This document shows positions 44,790-54,702 of a stretch of 64,000 bases of DNA, one piece after another. The notes under the pieces were generated by a model. It was not told the origin of the DNA, made no database searches, and saw only the letters and a program-made list of their open reading frames with translations. Made by a program: the position numbers and the translations under genes. The DNA lies in the IMG/VR virus record IMGVR_UViG_3300043567_000723. One strand, 5' to 3'. Position 1 is the first letter of the stretch. Every line of letters starts with the position of its first letter. This DNA is from a virus. Its lineage: Duplodnaviria > Caudoviricetes.

Positions 44790-45782
44790 ATGGTCGTTAT
44801 TGCCACACCCGTTTCTCATCCCATTGTCCCGTGTTGCTCTGGCGACAGCGCCGGTCAGCAGGTAGCGCCAGTCGCTTGCGCGACACAGAACGTCATAAGC
44901 GCGCCCGTCTCGACGGTTAACGGGAAACCGCTGCTGACCCGCATGCGCGCCATTACCGTCACACAGGGCCAATGCGCCACAGTTGCGTGGCAGCTACACG
45001 ACCGAGAAGGTCACCCCGTTAATATCGCGCCATGCGTAACAAGCAATAACTTTAAAATCGTTTTACGGTTAAAAGAACAGTTATCTCTCGGCAATCAGAA
45101 CGCACCTGTAGAGGTTAACGCGACTATTGTCGACGCGGCGACCGGTAAAGTTTCCGCATCACTGACATCCGCCATGACAGGCGTACCCGGTGTGTACTAC
45201 GGCGAAATGGCGATGGTGAGCGTGCCCGCGCAATTGAGTCAGCAACCGTGCGTGATCTTTTCAAACACGTTTTCGCTGATCATTGCGCGCAGCACGTTTG
45301 ACAGCGTAAACCAGATCGGCGGGCCGCCCAGTATCGCCGAAATTCGGCTGCACCTGCGGGACTCAGCGCCGGGCGAGAGCTTTCTTTTAGATAACCTCAT
45401 GTTTGACGACGCAGAAATTGCGCTGGCGATTGCGCGACCGGTTCAGTACTGGAATGAAGTGCCGCCGCCGATTGACGCTGTATACAACACGCAATCATTT
45501 CCGTTTAGATATCATTGGCTGGAAGGTATATGCGCCAATCTGTTTTTAATGGTGGCGGAACAATTTAGGCGCAATCAGCTCGACTATACCGCGGCCGGGT
45601 TGTCAATTAACGACCAGAATAAAGAGTCGGGATATGAGCGCGCAGGCCAAACACGGTGGCAGGCGTACCGCGAGTGGGTGCGGGCTACAAAGGCTAGCAT
45701 CAATCTGGAAGGCTGCTACGGCGAAGTCTCGTCGTCGTATAAATATTCTTCGTACACCGACGCGCTTCGTATACGTTATTGA
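44790..45782 (+). CDS. Putative neck/head-tail adaptor protein with N-terminal Ig-like domain
   Basis: Position after capsid; C-terminal EIRLHLRD...FDDAEI..AI...YWN helical adaptor-like region. Confidence 0.55.
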   Translation: MVVIATPVSHPIVPCCSGDSAGQQVAPVACATQNVISAPVSTVNGKPLLTRMRAITVTQGQCATVAWQLHDREGHPVNIAPCVTSNNFKIVLRLKEQLSLGNQNAPVEVNATIVDAATGKVSASLTSAMTGVPGVYYGEMAMVSVPAQLSQQPCVIFSNTFSLIIARSTFDSVNQIGGPPSIAEIRLHLRDSAPGESFLLDNLMFDDAEIALAIARPVQYWNEVPPPIDAVYNTQSFPFRYHWLEGICANLFLMVAEQFRRNQLDYTAAGLSINDQNKESGYERAGQTRWQAYREWVRATKASINLEGCYGEVSSSYKYSSYTDALRIRY

Positions 45783-45835
45783 TGTTGTGAGTGGGTTAAC
45801 ATAACTATTCCCGTCTAAACCGCGCGAAACGTCAA

Positions 45836-47083
45836 ATGCCTCAATCTGTTGTTTTTCCCTTCCGTCGCGTATCTGTGGATCATATGGTCCGCGGTACAAC
45901 ACGTGTTTGGTGGCAATTAGACCGGGTATTTAATCAACCCGGCCCGTATGTCTTTCAACTGCAATTAGGCAAAACCGGTTTAAGAGACGCAGCCGACTGG
46001 GTAAATATCGGCCCGCCAGTTGTAAACGGTTACGCGGCTTACGACCCTATTTGGCGCGAAGCCGGCTACGACCTACTCGACCATTATCGCGTAGTTCTTA
46101 CGACGCCTACTGATGTTTACGTCTCGCAGGCAGCTAGTTGCTTCGGAGATTTACCGGAGCGCGACTGGACGTTAGCGCGTGAAATTATCAGAAAAGAGCA
46201 ATTGCGGTTTCAGTATGTTGCCACGCCGGGTTACCTATTAAAACCATTCCGCTTTGGTAAACCATGCCGTAGATGCCGCGACGAGCTAACGCAAGAAGTA
46301 CTAGACTCTGACTGCCCTGTTTGTAGCGGTACGGGTTTTGAAGTTGGATATCACCCGCCGCTTGCGCTGCAGTGCTGGGATATCTCGCCGCAAACAATTC
46401 AAGAAGATGTAGACGCAAACATAAAGGGTTCGACACGAGAAAGCCCGTATATCACAGCCCGCGTCATCGGTTTCCCTGCAATTAACAAAAACGATATTTG
46501 GGTAAACGGATCTAGCGACGAACGATGGCTAGTTGAAACAATTCAAATAGGCGCGGCAATTCGGAACGTGCCGATTGTTTACCAGATTAAATTAGGTCTA
46601 ATTCCGTTTAGCAACACAGCGTACGCTATCGAAATCGGTGGAGAGCCAGCCGCGCGCGTAGGCCCGACATTGCCGATAGAAGGCTGTGGGGCTATTCCGG
46701 TCGACCACAATCACGGCGGGCTGGATGAGCTTGTTTACAAAGATGCAAGCGATTGCCCTATTGTGGGTGCGCGTGTGTATATCTTTGACAAAACCATATT
46801 TGAAATTAGCGGCGCGCAGACGTCAAAGACATTAGCGCTTGGCAGCACAACGACAACCGCAAACGGGCGCTGGACGCAATCGCTTAACCTAGACCCGGGC
46901 GAATATGCCGTAATGTTTGAAAAGCCGGGAGAATACGGTCCGGATGCTACTTTTATCGTCGTTACTTCTCCTTCTGCTCCGTTAGCTGTTTCATTACCGG
47001 CGCCAGAAGTTATTTCAGTCGTTACGCCGCCGCCAGTTGTTGCAGCGCCGGTTAAAGCTGTAAATGATTTTTGGGAGATATAA
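45836..47083 (+). CDS. Putative head-closure/stopper protein with Zn finger
   Basis: CRRC...CPVCSGTGF..GY motif in neck position. Confidence 0.5.
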   Translation: MPQSVVFPFRRVSVDHMVRGTTRVWWQLDRVFNQPGPYVFQLQLGKTGLRDAADWVNIGPPVVNGYAAYDPIWREAGYDLLDHYRVVLTTPTDVYVSQAASCFGDLPERDWTLAREIIRKEQLRFQYVATPGYLLKPFRFGKPCRRCRDELTQEVLDSDCPVCSGTGFEVGYHPPLALQCWDISPQTIQEDVDANIKGSTRESPYITARVIGFPAINKNDIWVNGSSDERWLVETIQIGAAIRNVPIVYQIKLGLIPFSNTAYAIEIGGEPAARVGPTLPIEGCGAIPVDHNHGGLDELVYKDASDCPIVGARVYIFDKTIFEISGAQTSKTLALGSTTTTANGRWTQSLNLDPGEYAVMFEKPGEYGPDATFIVVTSPSAPLAVSLPAPEVISVVTPPPVVAAPVKAVNDFWEI

Positions 47084-47201
47084 GTGGAGAAAAAAATTAA
47101 CCCTGCCGAACCGTTATTGAGCCGTGTTGCTGTTGGGTTAGATAAACTAAAAATAGGCGAAAAGATCAAACTTTTCACCGAGAGTAAAAAGGATCATTTA
47201 C

Positions 47202-47912
47202 GTGAGTACTTGCGACGAACCAAATCCGCCAGAAATTGAAGCGCAGTTCCCGGCTGGAAGCACACCAGAAAACCGTGTAGAGCGCGTCAGTTCGCTTTGT
47301 TCTTACGGTATGCGCCCGCACGTAATGACCGGTCTTTTGCGGCAGTTAATTATCGGGCACTTCTCTGACCCGGATAATATTGAAGAGCCGCGTATTCGCA
47401 GACATATTCAAACGTTGGGCGCGTGGAAGCCAACAGATACCGGCGACAACAACGGCGGTATTTTAGTCGAGAGCATAACACGCTGGGCGCCGAATACTGC
47501 CGACAAACGACCGGCTGTATTAATTAAACGAAATGGTTGGAAATGGCAGCGACAGGGTATTGGTGACATCATAAGTCAGAATGATTATACTGGAGCTGTA
47601 AGCTATGCCGGGCTGTGGGAAGGTAGTCACACGCTGTACTGCCTAGCACAAAACGGCGCCGAAACTGAATTTTTGGCGACTGAAGTTATCAAATTCTTGG
47701 TAATGTTCTCGCCGCTGATTCGGGAACAAATGGATTTGTTTAGATTTTACATCGCCGAAGTTGGCGGTATAGGAGAAATTCAAGAGGTTGTTCAGGGGTA
47801 TGCCGTCCCTGTCACCGTTGCGTACGTTGCCGAGGAAGCTTGGACGCTCCAGCCGTACGCGCCGCGCCTAAAGCGGATTGTCTTCAAGGCATCAGATTTA
47901 CTGTCTTGTTAA
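47202..47912 (+). CDS. Putative tail terminator/completion protein
   Basis: Position directly before sheath; size and beta-rich C-terminus. Confidence 0.45.
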   Translation: MSTCDEPNPPEIEAQFPAGSTPENRVERVSSLCSYGMRPHVMTGLLRQLIIGHFSDPDNIEEPRIRRHIQTLGAWKPTDTGDNNGGILVESITRWAPNTADKRPAVLIKRNGWKWQRQGIGDIISQNDYTGAVSYAGLWEGSHTLYCLAQNGAETEFLATEVIKFLVMFSPLIREQMDLFRFYIAEVGGIGEIQEVVQGYAVPVTVAYVAEEAWTLQPYAPRLKRIVFKASDLLSC

Positions 47913-48014
47913 CAAATTTTTATGGTGGGTGTTTTTTTATTGAAAGCGGAGTTGTGTATACTACGCTCTGAACGCCACACCGCACACACGATATTTAGGC
48001 ACGGAGGCTGACGC

Positions 48015-51000
48015 ATGTCGAGCTACGTAAAACCCCAAGTTCTCGTTTTCCAAGAATTTCGTATTGTTCCCACGGAGATCACCGAGCCGCTGCGCGCCCA
48101 CATTGCTGGCCCGCACGCCGTTCTCCACCGCTATAGCGACGTCGATGAGAAACCCGATTGTCTTTTAGGCGCTTATGATCGCTTAAATGACACATGCTAC
48201 ACGTGGCCGCAGCGTCTCGCCGGTTCGCAAGTCGACCGCGATTACGTAAAGCTGTACATCGACGACGCAATGCTGCGTTACTACAACCACACGATGGGCG
48301 ATGGCAACACCATCATCACATCCGTAGTGGGCAAAGCAAACTGGATCCAGTCGAGCAACCTGTCGTTTAAGACGAACACGTCGGCGTATCCGCGCTCGTC
48401 CGCATTCTACGACCGTGACGTTCAGCTTGGCGACGTTGTGAAGCTGCGTATCGTAAGCGCCGACAACAACTGCAACGAGACGGTACTTGAAACGTATGTC
48501 ACTGGTTTTGCCAGCGACCTCGTTCCGTCGCGTATTCTCCCCGCTTACGAAGACGTCGCCAACGCGTCGTCGTATTCCGCCGCGTCTAGCACGGGTGTAG
48601 ACGTAACTGCGACGCAGATTGCCGGCACTGATAATAACGTAGCCGTAGCTGTACTAGATACAACTACAGCCGGCGCTACAATCTATAACGGACTCGTTGA
48701 CGGCTATGTTAACGAAGAGTACGTTGTTGAAGTTATCAAGAGCACAATTTCGGGCTGCAACGCTGCTCGTCTGCGTGTCACATCTGCGAGCGGCACAGAC
48801 GATCAGGCTGAAATCACGCCGAATACGATGGATACGGGCGACCTGTCCAACGTCACATTCATCGGCACGCGCGGCCTCTCCGTTCGGTTCACAACGACCG
48901 GCACCGACGACTTTGTGGTCGGTCAGCAGTGGCGCTTTGTTGTCCGTCAGACATTTGAGCCTGTCACGGCTACTTCTACCGCTGACGGTACTCTTGTAAC
49001 AGAGACGTCCGTAACTGGTGTTGCTGGTGAGGTTGACATTCTCGGCGCTTATGCTGGTGCCAAGAACGACGTCTACATCATCGAGTGCACCAAGGGCGGT
49101 GTCTGGGCTCAGCTGCCCGAGATCATGATCCGCACGGCGAAGGGCTTGGACTTCTCTGGTCCGACCGAAGTAACCGGCGACGGCGAAGGTAGTGACTCTG
49201 TTGCTGTGCCGATCGGTACTAACGGTGTTAAGGTGAAGTTCCTTGGCGCAACAAACGCGTCTGGCGACGCTGTTGCCGGTCTGCGCAAGGGCGACAAGTG
49301 GTACATCACTGTTAACTCCAGCCAAGCTGGTCCGGTCAAGAAGCTCATCCTTCGCGACGACCTGCCCACCAGCATGCTTGCCAAAGACGGCCTGCCTGTC
49401 GATAAGGTCGGCGTGGTTAATGTCAGCGCGTCTGGCACTGGCTACACGTCGGCCCCGACTGTTACTTTCTCGGCGGCTCCGCTCGGCGGCGTAACAGCCA
49501 CTGGTACTGCTGTGCTGGGAACTGGCGCGAACGCCGCCAAGGTTGTTAGCGTGACGATCACGAATCGTGGCTCTGGCTATGTAACCGCCCCGACTGTCAC
49601 GTTTAGCGGTGGCGCAGGAACCGGCGCCGCAGCTACAGCTGCGCTTATCAGCGGCGAGGATATGGATCTGGAGTTGTTCATCAAGGACAACATTCAGGTA
49701 TCCAAGAATCGCGTTGGTTTTGCGCCGATGACTAACTACTTCCTCGAAGACACGCAGATCTGCGTGCAGGAAGGCATCGTTGCTTACCACCCCGAGTGGA
49801 CAAGCGCCGGCGCTGAGCAGCCGCTGAATGTTATGAGCGGCAAGGTTTATGTTGAATACCGCGAGTTCCTCTCGGAGCTGGCTGATCAAGTTAACTCGAT
49901 CAGCGACGTGGCTGACCTCGATCAAATCAAGGGTCAGTTAGATCCTGATAACCCGATGAAGTGGGGCGTCTACAAAGCGCTTTCGAACAGCAACGGCACT
50001 GTAGTAAAGTACACAGCCGTAGTTGAGCCGGGCGATCTGGACAGCTGGGTGCAGGTGCTGGAGCGCATCAAGGGTCGCGACGACATGTATAACCTTGTCC
50101 CGCTGACGTTTGATCGTCGTGTTCACAATCTGTGGGCTGCTCATATCGGCGCTGAGTCGAATGAATACGCCAACAATTGGAAGGCCGGCTTCTTCGCGCT
50201 CAAGGCTGTTCCGGTTGTGAAGGTTTCTGGCGAAGGCGTGCCGGTTAACGGCGTGCTGGGCACAGAGGTCACCACACCGGTATTAGCGACACTCGCGGAC
50301 GATCCGAATGCCACGAACACGCAGTACACAAAGCTGACTGTTACATCTGGCAACGGCTACTTCATCACGAATGACGTGCGCCCCGGCGACATCGTTCGTT
50401 ACAACTTCTCGGTCGACGGTTTCGGCGACGAGCAGTACGAAGAGTACGTTGTTGATCAGGTCCTGTCCGAGTCGACCCTGCTGCTTTACTCCGGCGCTGA
50501 CGCCGCTGTAACAGTTCCGCAGCGCGTCGAGATCTCCCACAACCGTAACCGCAACGAAATTGCGGAAGACATCGCCACAGCGGCTGGTGGTCTTTCCAAT
50601 CGTCGCGTGTGCGCCGTGTGGCCGGATCAGGTAGGCGAAGCTGGCGTATCGCAGCCCGGTTATTACCTTGCTGCAGCGCTCGCTGGTCTTGTCAGCGGCG
50701 TGGTACCCCATCAGCCCCTCACGAACGTAGAGGTCGCCGGTTTCGACGACTACACACGGTCGTACAAGTACTTCAACGAAACGCAGCTGAACCGTATGGC
50801 TGAAGCTGGTACGTGGATTGTGACAGAAGACCGTGACGGAACACCGCACACGCGGCACGCCGTCACAACGGATAACCTCGACCTGAATCGTCGGGAAGAG
50901 ATGATCCGCCGCAATGTTGACAGCATGTCCTACTTGTTCCTGCGTCGCCTGCGTCCGTTCATCGGCCGCACCAACGCGCAAGAGGGCATGGTTCGTCGGC

Positions 51001-51194
51001 TTCGGTTCGAAGTCACTGCCATCATCGACTTCCTCAAGGCCAATGGCTTCACCGAGGAACTGGGTTCGCAGTTAATCGACGGTGAAATCAGCCGGCTGCA
51101 GATCCACCCGCTGTTAAAGGACCGCATTGAGATTGTTCTTAATCTCACTGTTCCGGCGCCGCTCAACAACATTGAGCTGCACTTAGTGGTCTGA
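48015..51194 (+). CDS. Tail sheath protein
   Basis: C-terminal AAALAGL..G..PHQPLTN, QLNRMAEAG, RNVDSMSY, FIGRTN, VPAPLNNIELHL; followed by a tube-sized gene. Confidence 0.88.
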   Translation: MSSYVKPQVLVFQEFRIVPTEITEPLRAHIAGPHAVLHRYSDVDEKPDCLLGAYDRLNDTCYTWPQRLAGSQVDRDYVKLYIDDAMLRYYNHTMGDGNTIITSVVGKANWIQSSNLSFKTNTSAYPRSSAFYDRDVQLGDVVKLRIVSADNNCNETVLETYVTGFASDLVPSRILPAYEDVANASSYSAASSTGVDVTATQIAGTDNNVAVAVLDTTTAGATIYNGLVDGYVNEEYVVEVIKSTISGCNAARLRVTSASGTDDQAEITPNTMDTGDLSNVTFIGTRGLSVRFTTTGTDDFVVGQQWRFVVRQTFEPVTATSTADGTLVTETSVTGVAGEVDILGAYAGAKNDVYIIECTKGGVWAQLPEIMIRTAKGLDFSGPTEVTGDGEGSDSVAVPIGTNGVKVKFLGATNASGDAVAGLRKGDKWYITVNSSQAGPVKKLILRDDLPTSMLAKDGLPVDKVGVVNVSASGTGYTSAPTVTFSAAPLGGVTATGTAVLGTGANAAKVVSVTITNRGSGYVTAPTVTFSGGAGTGAAATAALISGEDMDLELFIKDNIQVSKNRVGFAPMTNYFLEDTQICVQEGIVAYHPEWTSAGAEQPLNVMSGKVYVEYREFLSELADQVNSISDVADLDQIKGQLDPDNPMKWGVYKALSNSNGTVVKYTAVVEPGDLDSWVQVLERIKGRDDMYNLVPLTFDRRVHNLWAAHIGAESNEYANNWKAGFFALKAVPVVKVSGEGVPVNGVLGTEVTTPVLATLADDPNATNTQYTKLTVTSGNGYFITNDVRPGDIVRYNFSVDGFGDEQYEEYVVDQVLSESTLLLYSGADAAVTVPQRVEISHNRNRNEIAEDIATAAGGLSNRRVCAVWPDQVGEAGVSQPGYYLAAALAGLVSGVVPHQPLTNVEVAGFDDYTRSYKYFNETQLNRMAEAGTWIVTEDRDGTPHTRHAVTTDNLDLNRREEMIRRNVDSMSYLFLRRLRPFIGRTNAQEGMVRRLRFEVTAIIDFLKANGFTEELGSQLIDGEISRLQIHPLLKDRIEIVLNLTVPAPLNNIELHLVV

Positions 51195-51238
51195 TTGCTC
51201 AAACTGTAACTGGTAAACATCACAAGAATAGGTGAACT

Positions 51239-51682
51239 ATGGCAAGTCCTTTCGGTAAAAATCAGGAACACAAGGGCACGTTCCGGGCAGAAGATCTGAA
51301 GATGACTTTTGCCGGCGGTTCGGGCGACGGTGCACTGGTGCAGCAGGCTAACTTTACGGTCAACCGGACTGTAAACTTTATGTATGAAATCGGCTCTAAC
51401 AACATTTATTATGTTGGTAACCGCCGTCAGGGTCAGGCGCAACTGGTCCGCGTTGTTGGCGGATCCGGTACGTTTAAGACGATGGTCACCAAGTACGGCG
51501 ACATGTGTAACCCGGCTGACCTCGTCCTTGAGGGCAACGGCGGTTGCGGTGGCGTTACGGTGAACGTATCGTACACCCTGAAGAAAGCCACACTGACGTC
51601 GATCGGCGCCAGCGTGACTGCGCAGGAAATCGTGATTAACGAAAATCTCGGCTTTATCTGCTCGGATATCGAGTACACCTGA
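51239..51682 (+). CDS. Tail tube protein
   Basis: 147 aa, beta-rich, immediately after sheath and followed by a hairpin. Confidence 0.7.
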   Translation: MASPFGKNQEHKGTFRAEDLKMTFAGGSGDGALVQQANFTVNRTVNFMYEIGSNNIYYVGNRRQGQAQLVRVVGGSGTFKTMVTKYGDMCNPADLVLEGNGGCGGVTVNVSYTLKKATLTSIGASVTAQEIVINENLGFICSDIEYT

Positions 51683-51705
51683 GCCTGATTTTGTTGTCTA
51701 AATAG

Positions 51706-51742
51706 ATAAGCGGCGGTTGCTTAAAACGCAGCCGCCGCTTAT
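51706..51742 (+). terminator. Strong hairpin/terminator after sheath-tube
   Basis: 15-bp stem ATAAGCGGCGGTTGC/GCAGCCGCCGCTTAT, 7-nt loop; weak U-tract. Confidence 0.6.
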
Positions 51743-51801
51743 GGTATTAGGCGGTAACGCCTTGGGCTTCGTGCCCGTAACCACACCTTTTGGTGGCATA
51801 A

Positions 51802-54687
51802 ATGTCGACGAATCAGCCCCCGAAGCCGGTGGGCATTACGCCGGGCTCCGGGCATCAACACTCATACGATCAAACGCAGACAGCTCGGCGCATTCAAAAT
51901 AATACGCAATTCTCTAGCCGGACTAGCACGGCAGCGTATGGCGCCCAGCTTCAAGCTGTTGCTGATCCGAATACAAAACTAGCCGGCTTTAAGCAAGGCT
52001 TTCAGGATACTGGCCGTCTGTGCACAGGCTGGATTGTAGACGGCACGTCGATCGCCAATTGCTATAAAGTATTCGTAGAGAAGTCTCGCGCTCCGATTAT
52101 CGCAGCGGCGCTTTCTGGTACCAGCCACGTTTGCTTCGGCGCCAGCTCTGTTAATACATACGCGCCCGGCACGTCAGTCATTTTGATGGTGCATGACAAG
52201 GTTGGGCAGGCTTACATTCTCGGCTCTGTGCCTAACGTGCTAGACGTCGGCAAACGCGCGTATCACGACTATATCTCGCAGGCATCTCGAAAGCGCGTCG
52301 ATGACTGCCACAAGAAGTACATCAAAGAGCCGATGAACGGCCAGATGGTGGACTGGAGTTCTTGGCGGCCGTGGGATGCAACACTCGCCAGCGAGTGGGG
52401 CGCGGTCTCTACAACAGGTATCGCAATCAGTATTGACGATTTTATGTTGAAAGCCGCCGTAAATGAATTTTGCGGCTTGTATGGTTTTTATCACGACTCG
52501 TTGCTGCGTGTTGCCGGCTATAACTTCCAACTGTGGACAGCCGGCAGTGAGCGCGACGCCTACATGGACCAAGCCGAGTGCAATGATCTGCAGGGTTATT
52601 CACCTTATCCGTGGGAAGCTGTCGGTTTAATTGAGCCGGGCGGCTCAATGGTTAATGAGTATGAGCCGAAGGATTACCAGTGCGCGCTCGCCAAGCCGTA
52701 TTACTCGCACTGGGAAAATAAACACGAGTTTCAACAACCTTACCACCGCACACAGAAGTTTTTTGGTTATTTCGGCCAAGGGCAGCGGTCAGTTGTGCAT
52801 GCGCCGCCAGACGGGCTACAGCGCTTTACATATAAGCCCGGCAGCTCTGGGTCGCCTTCGCCGCCGTTTGAGTCGTCTGTAAAGGGCAAAGACGGCCTAT
52901 CGCCCGATTGCGGCGGCGGACCAGACAAAGAACGCGACTACCAAGAAAAACCCGTTAAAGGCTTGCACGAAGATAACGTCGCTATGGACGGCCGACGTTT
53001 TATCTCGTCAGCCAAGGGTGTAGTGCTGTCGAAGCGCATGCTGTTGCCGATGCCGCAACGTATTAAGCGCCCTGAAGCAGGAGATGGCGACGACGCAGAA
53101 AAGAACTATAAGGCGTCGAGTAAGTATGGCGCTGGGCCGGATCACAAAATCACCGGTGATATCAAAACGACAGACGAAAAGTATCCGAACATGCAACGGG
53201 CCTCCGCGTTGCTCGATATGCACGGGTATTTGTTTAACTATGCCGGTATTCATCCGTTCTACTGGCACGCAAAAGATTTTAAGACGTGGGAAGAGTCTGA
53301 ACTGCAGTACGCTGACGTTAATCAAAAAATTCCCAACTTCGGCGAGCTTAAGGGGTCGATGTACCTCAAGGAAATAACGCCAAAGAAACTCAAAATCGAC
53401 CACCGTTACAACACTCAGAATTTCTACGAGACAGAGTGTTTTATTTCGCTGCTAGAAGACGGCGGCGTTGTAATCGGAGACGGTTACGGCGCAGAGATTC
53501 GCATGTCTGGCGGTTGTCTTATTCTTTCTGCGCCCGGCGATGTCTGGATGAAGTCTGGGCGACATACGCAAGCGTGGTCTGGTGGCGACTGCATTATCCG
53601 CGCGAAAGAAGGCGTTGACATCTCTACAACGGATAAAAATATCCGTATCAAGAGCGAACAGAACGTCATGATCCTCGCCGGCAATGACAGCTCTGAACGC
53701 GAAGGCGGCGTGCTTATTGAAAGCCGCGCGAACAACCCAATCTACGAATTTGAGCAATGCGGTGATGACGTTATTTTCGGCGGCATCGTGTTGCGCGCAC
53801 CCAAGTCTGAAGTTGTCAGCATCGGGCACCGTATTTACATGCGCACGGGTGGCGGCGGCAGTTCTATACCGCCGGGCAATATAACCATCGACGCCGGCAA
53901 GGGTGAAGCGGAGTTGGTTACAAAATCTAATAACATTTTCCACTACATGGGCGAGGGTGGGCGTATGTACCACTTCTTCCGCGCCAGCGCTGACGAAGAT
54001 ACCGTCAAAGCGAATATGTTCTCTAAGTCATTTACGCTGCTCGCCGGCCCGCTCGGTGTCGATAAAGATATCATTTCGAACGGCGCCGGACTGTTCAAAA
54101 AGAGCCTGCTTGTCAGCAAGGGGCATATCCTCACAGAAGCCGCCGCGAAGGGCGCTATCTTTGTTGGACCCTGTGACGGTGAATGCCAAGGCCAGATTAA
54201 CGAAGCTATCGACAAAATTCGCGATCTGGTTGATAAAGAACTACCTGATATCGGAGACCAGATCGACGAAGAAATGTTGGAGCAGCTGTGGTACGCCGAT
54301 AAACGACCGGGCAATGCGCGTCTTATGGACATCATGGAATTCACGTTCCGCACAGACGAGCAATATAAGATCCCGGACTTCCTGCTGTATGAAGATCGGT
54401 GGCAGCAAATGGCGCGAATCGGTGGCTCAATACCGGAGCGCTGGACAGAGAAACCAGTGAAAGCGAAAGCGTGCGAAGAGACGTGGCCGTTTCCCGGAAA
54501 GAAGTGGCTCAACGAAGAGCCGGCGTATGTTGAGCAGGACTTTAATATTGTTGAGATGGCGGGCGGCGGTTTAAGAGACAAAGACCGCGGAGAGGCGCCC
54601 GGATTAGCTGGCGAATATGCGTCGCCAGAGTTCAAGTCTAACGACAAGAAGATTATTAACGGCTACTACCCGATTGTAGGTCGATAA
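51802..54687 (+). CDS. Baseplate central spike protein (gp5/VgrG-like)
   Basis: N-terminal OB-fold-like region (PGTSVILM...YILG) and beta-helix-like repeats (GDVWMKSG...IIRAKEGVDISTTDKNIRIKS). Confidence 0.6.
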   Translation: MSTNQPPKPVGITPGSGHQHSYDQTQTARRIQNNTQFSSRTSTAAYGAQLQAVADPNTKLAGFKQGFQDTGRLCTGWIVDGTSIANCYKVFVEKSRAPIIAAALSGTSHVCFGASSVNTYAPGTSVILMVHDKVGQAYILGSVPNVLDVGKRAYHDYISQASRKRVDDCHKKYIKEPMNGQMVDWSSWRPWDATLASEWGAVSTTGIAISIDDFMLKAAVNEFCGLYGFYHDSLLRVAGYNFQLWTAGSERDAYMDQAECNDLQGYSPYPWEAVGLIEPGGSMVNEYEPKDYQCALAKPYYSHWENKHEFQQPYHRTQKFFGYFGQGQRSVVHAPPDGLQRFTYKPGSSGSPSPPFESSVKGKDGLSPDCGGGPDKERDYQEKPVKGLHEDNVAMDGRRFISSAKGVVLSKRMLLPMPQRIKRPEAGDGDDAEKNYKASSKYGAGPDHKITGDIKTTDEKYPNMQRASALLDMHGYLFNYAGIHPFYWHAKDFKTWEESELQYADVNQKIPNFGELKGSMYLKEITPKKLKIDHRYNTQNFYETECFISLLEDGGVVIGDGYGAEIRMSGGCLILSAPGDVWMKSGRHTQAWSGGDCIIRAKEGVDISTTDKNIRIKSEQNVMILAGNDSSEREGGVLIESRANNPIYEFEQCGDDVIFGGIVLRAPKSEVVSIGHRIYMRTGGGGSSIPPGNITIDAGKGEAELVTKSNNIFHYMGEGGRMYHFFRASADEDTVKANMFSKSFTLLAGPLGVDKDIISNGAGLFKKSLLVSKGHILTEAAAKGAIFVGPCDGECQGQINEAIDKIRDLVDKELPDIGDQIDEEMLEQLWYADKRPGNARLMDIMEFTFRTDEQYKIPDFLLYEDRWQQMARIGGSIPERWTEKPVKAKACEETWPFPGKKWLNEEPAYVEQDFNIVEMAGGGLRDKDRGEAPGLAGEYASPEFKSNDKKIINGYYPIVGR

Positions 54688-54702
54688 CTGAAGGAGCAGG
54701 TT

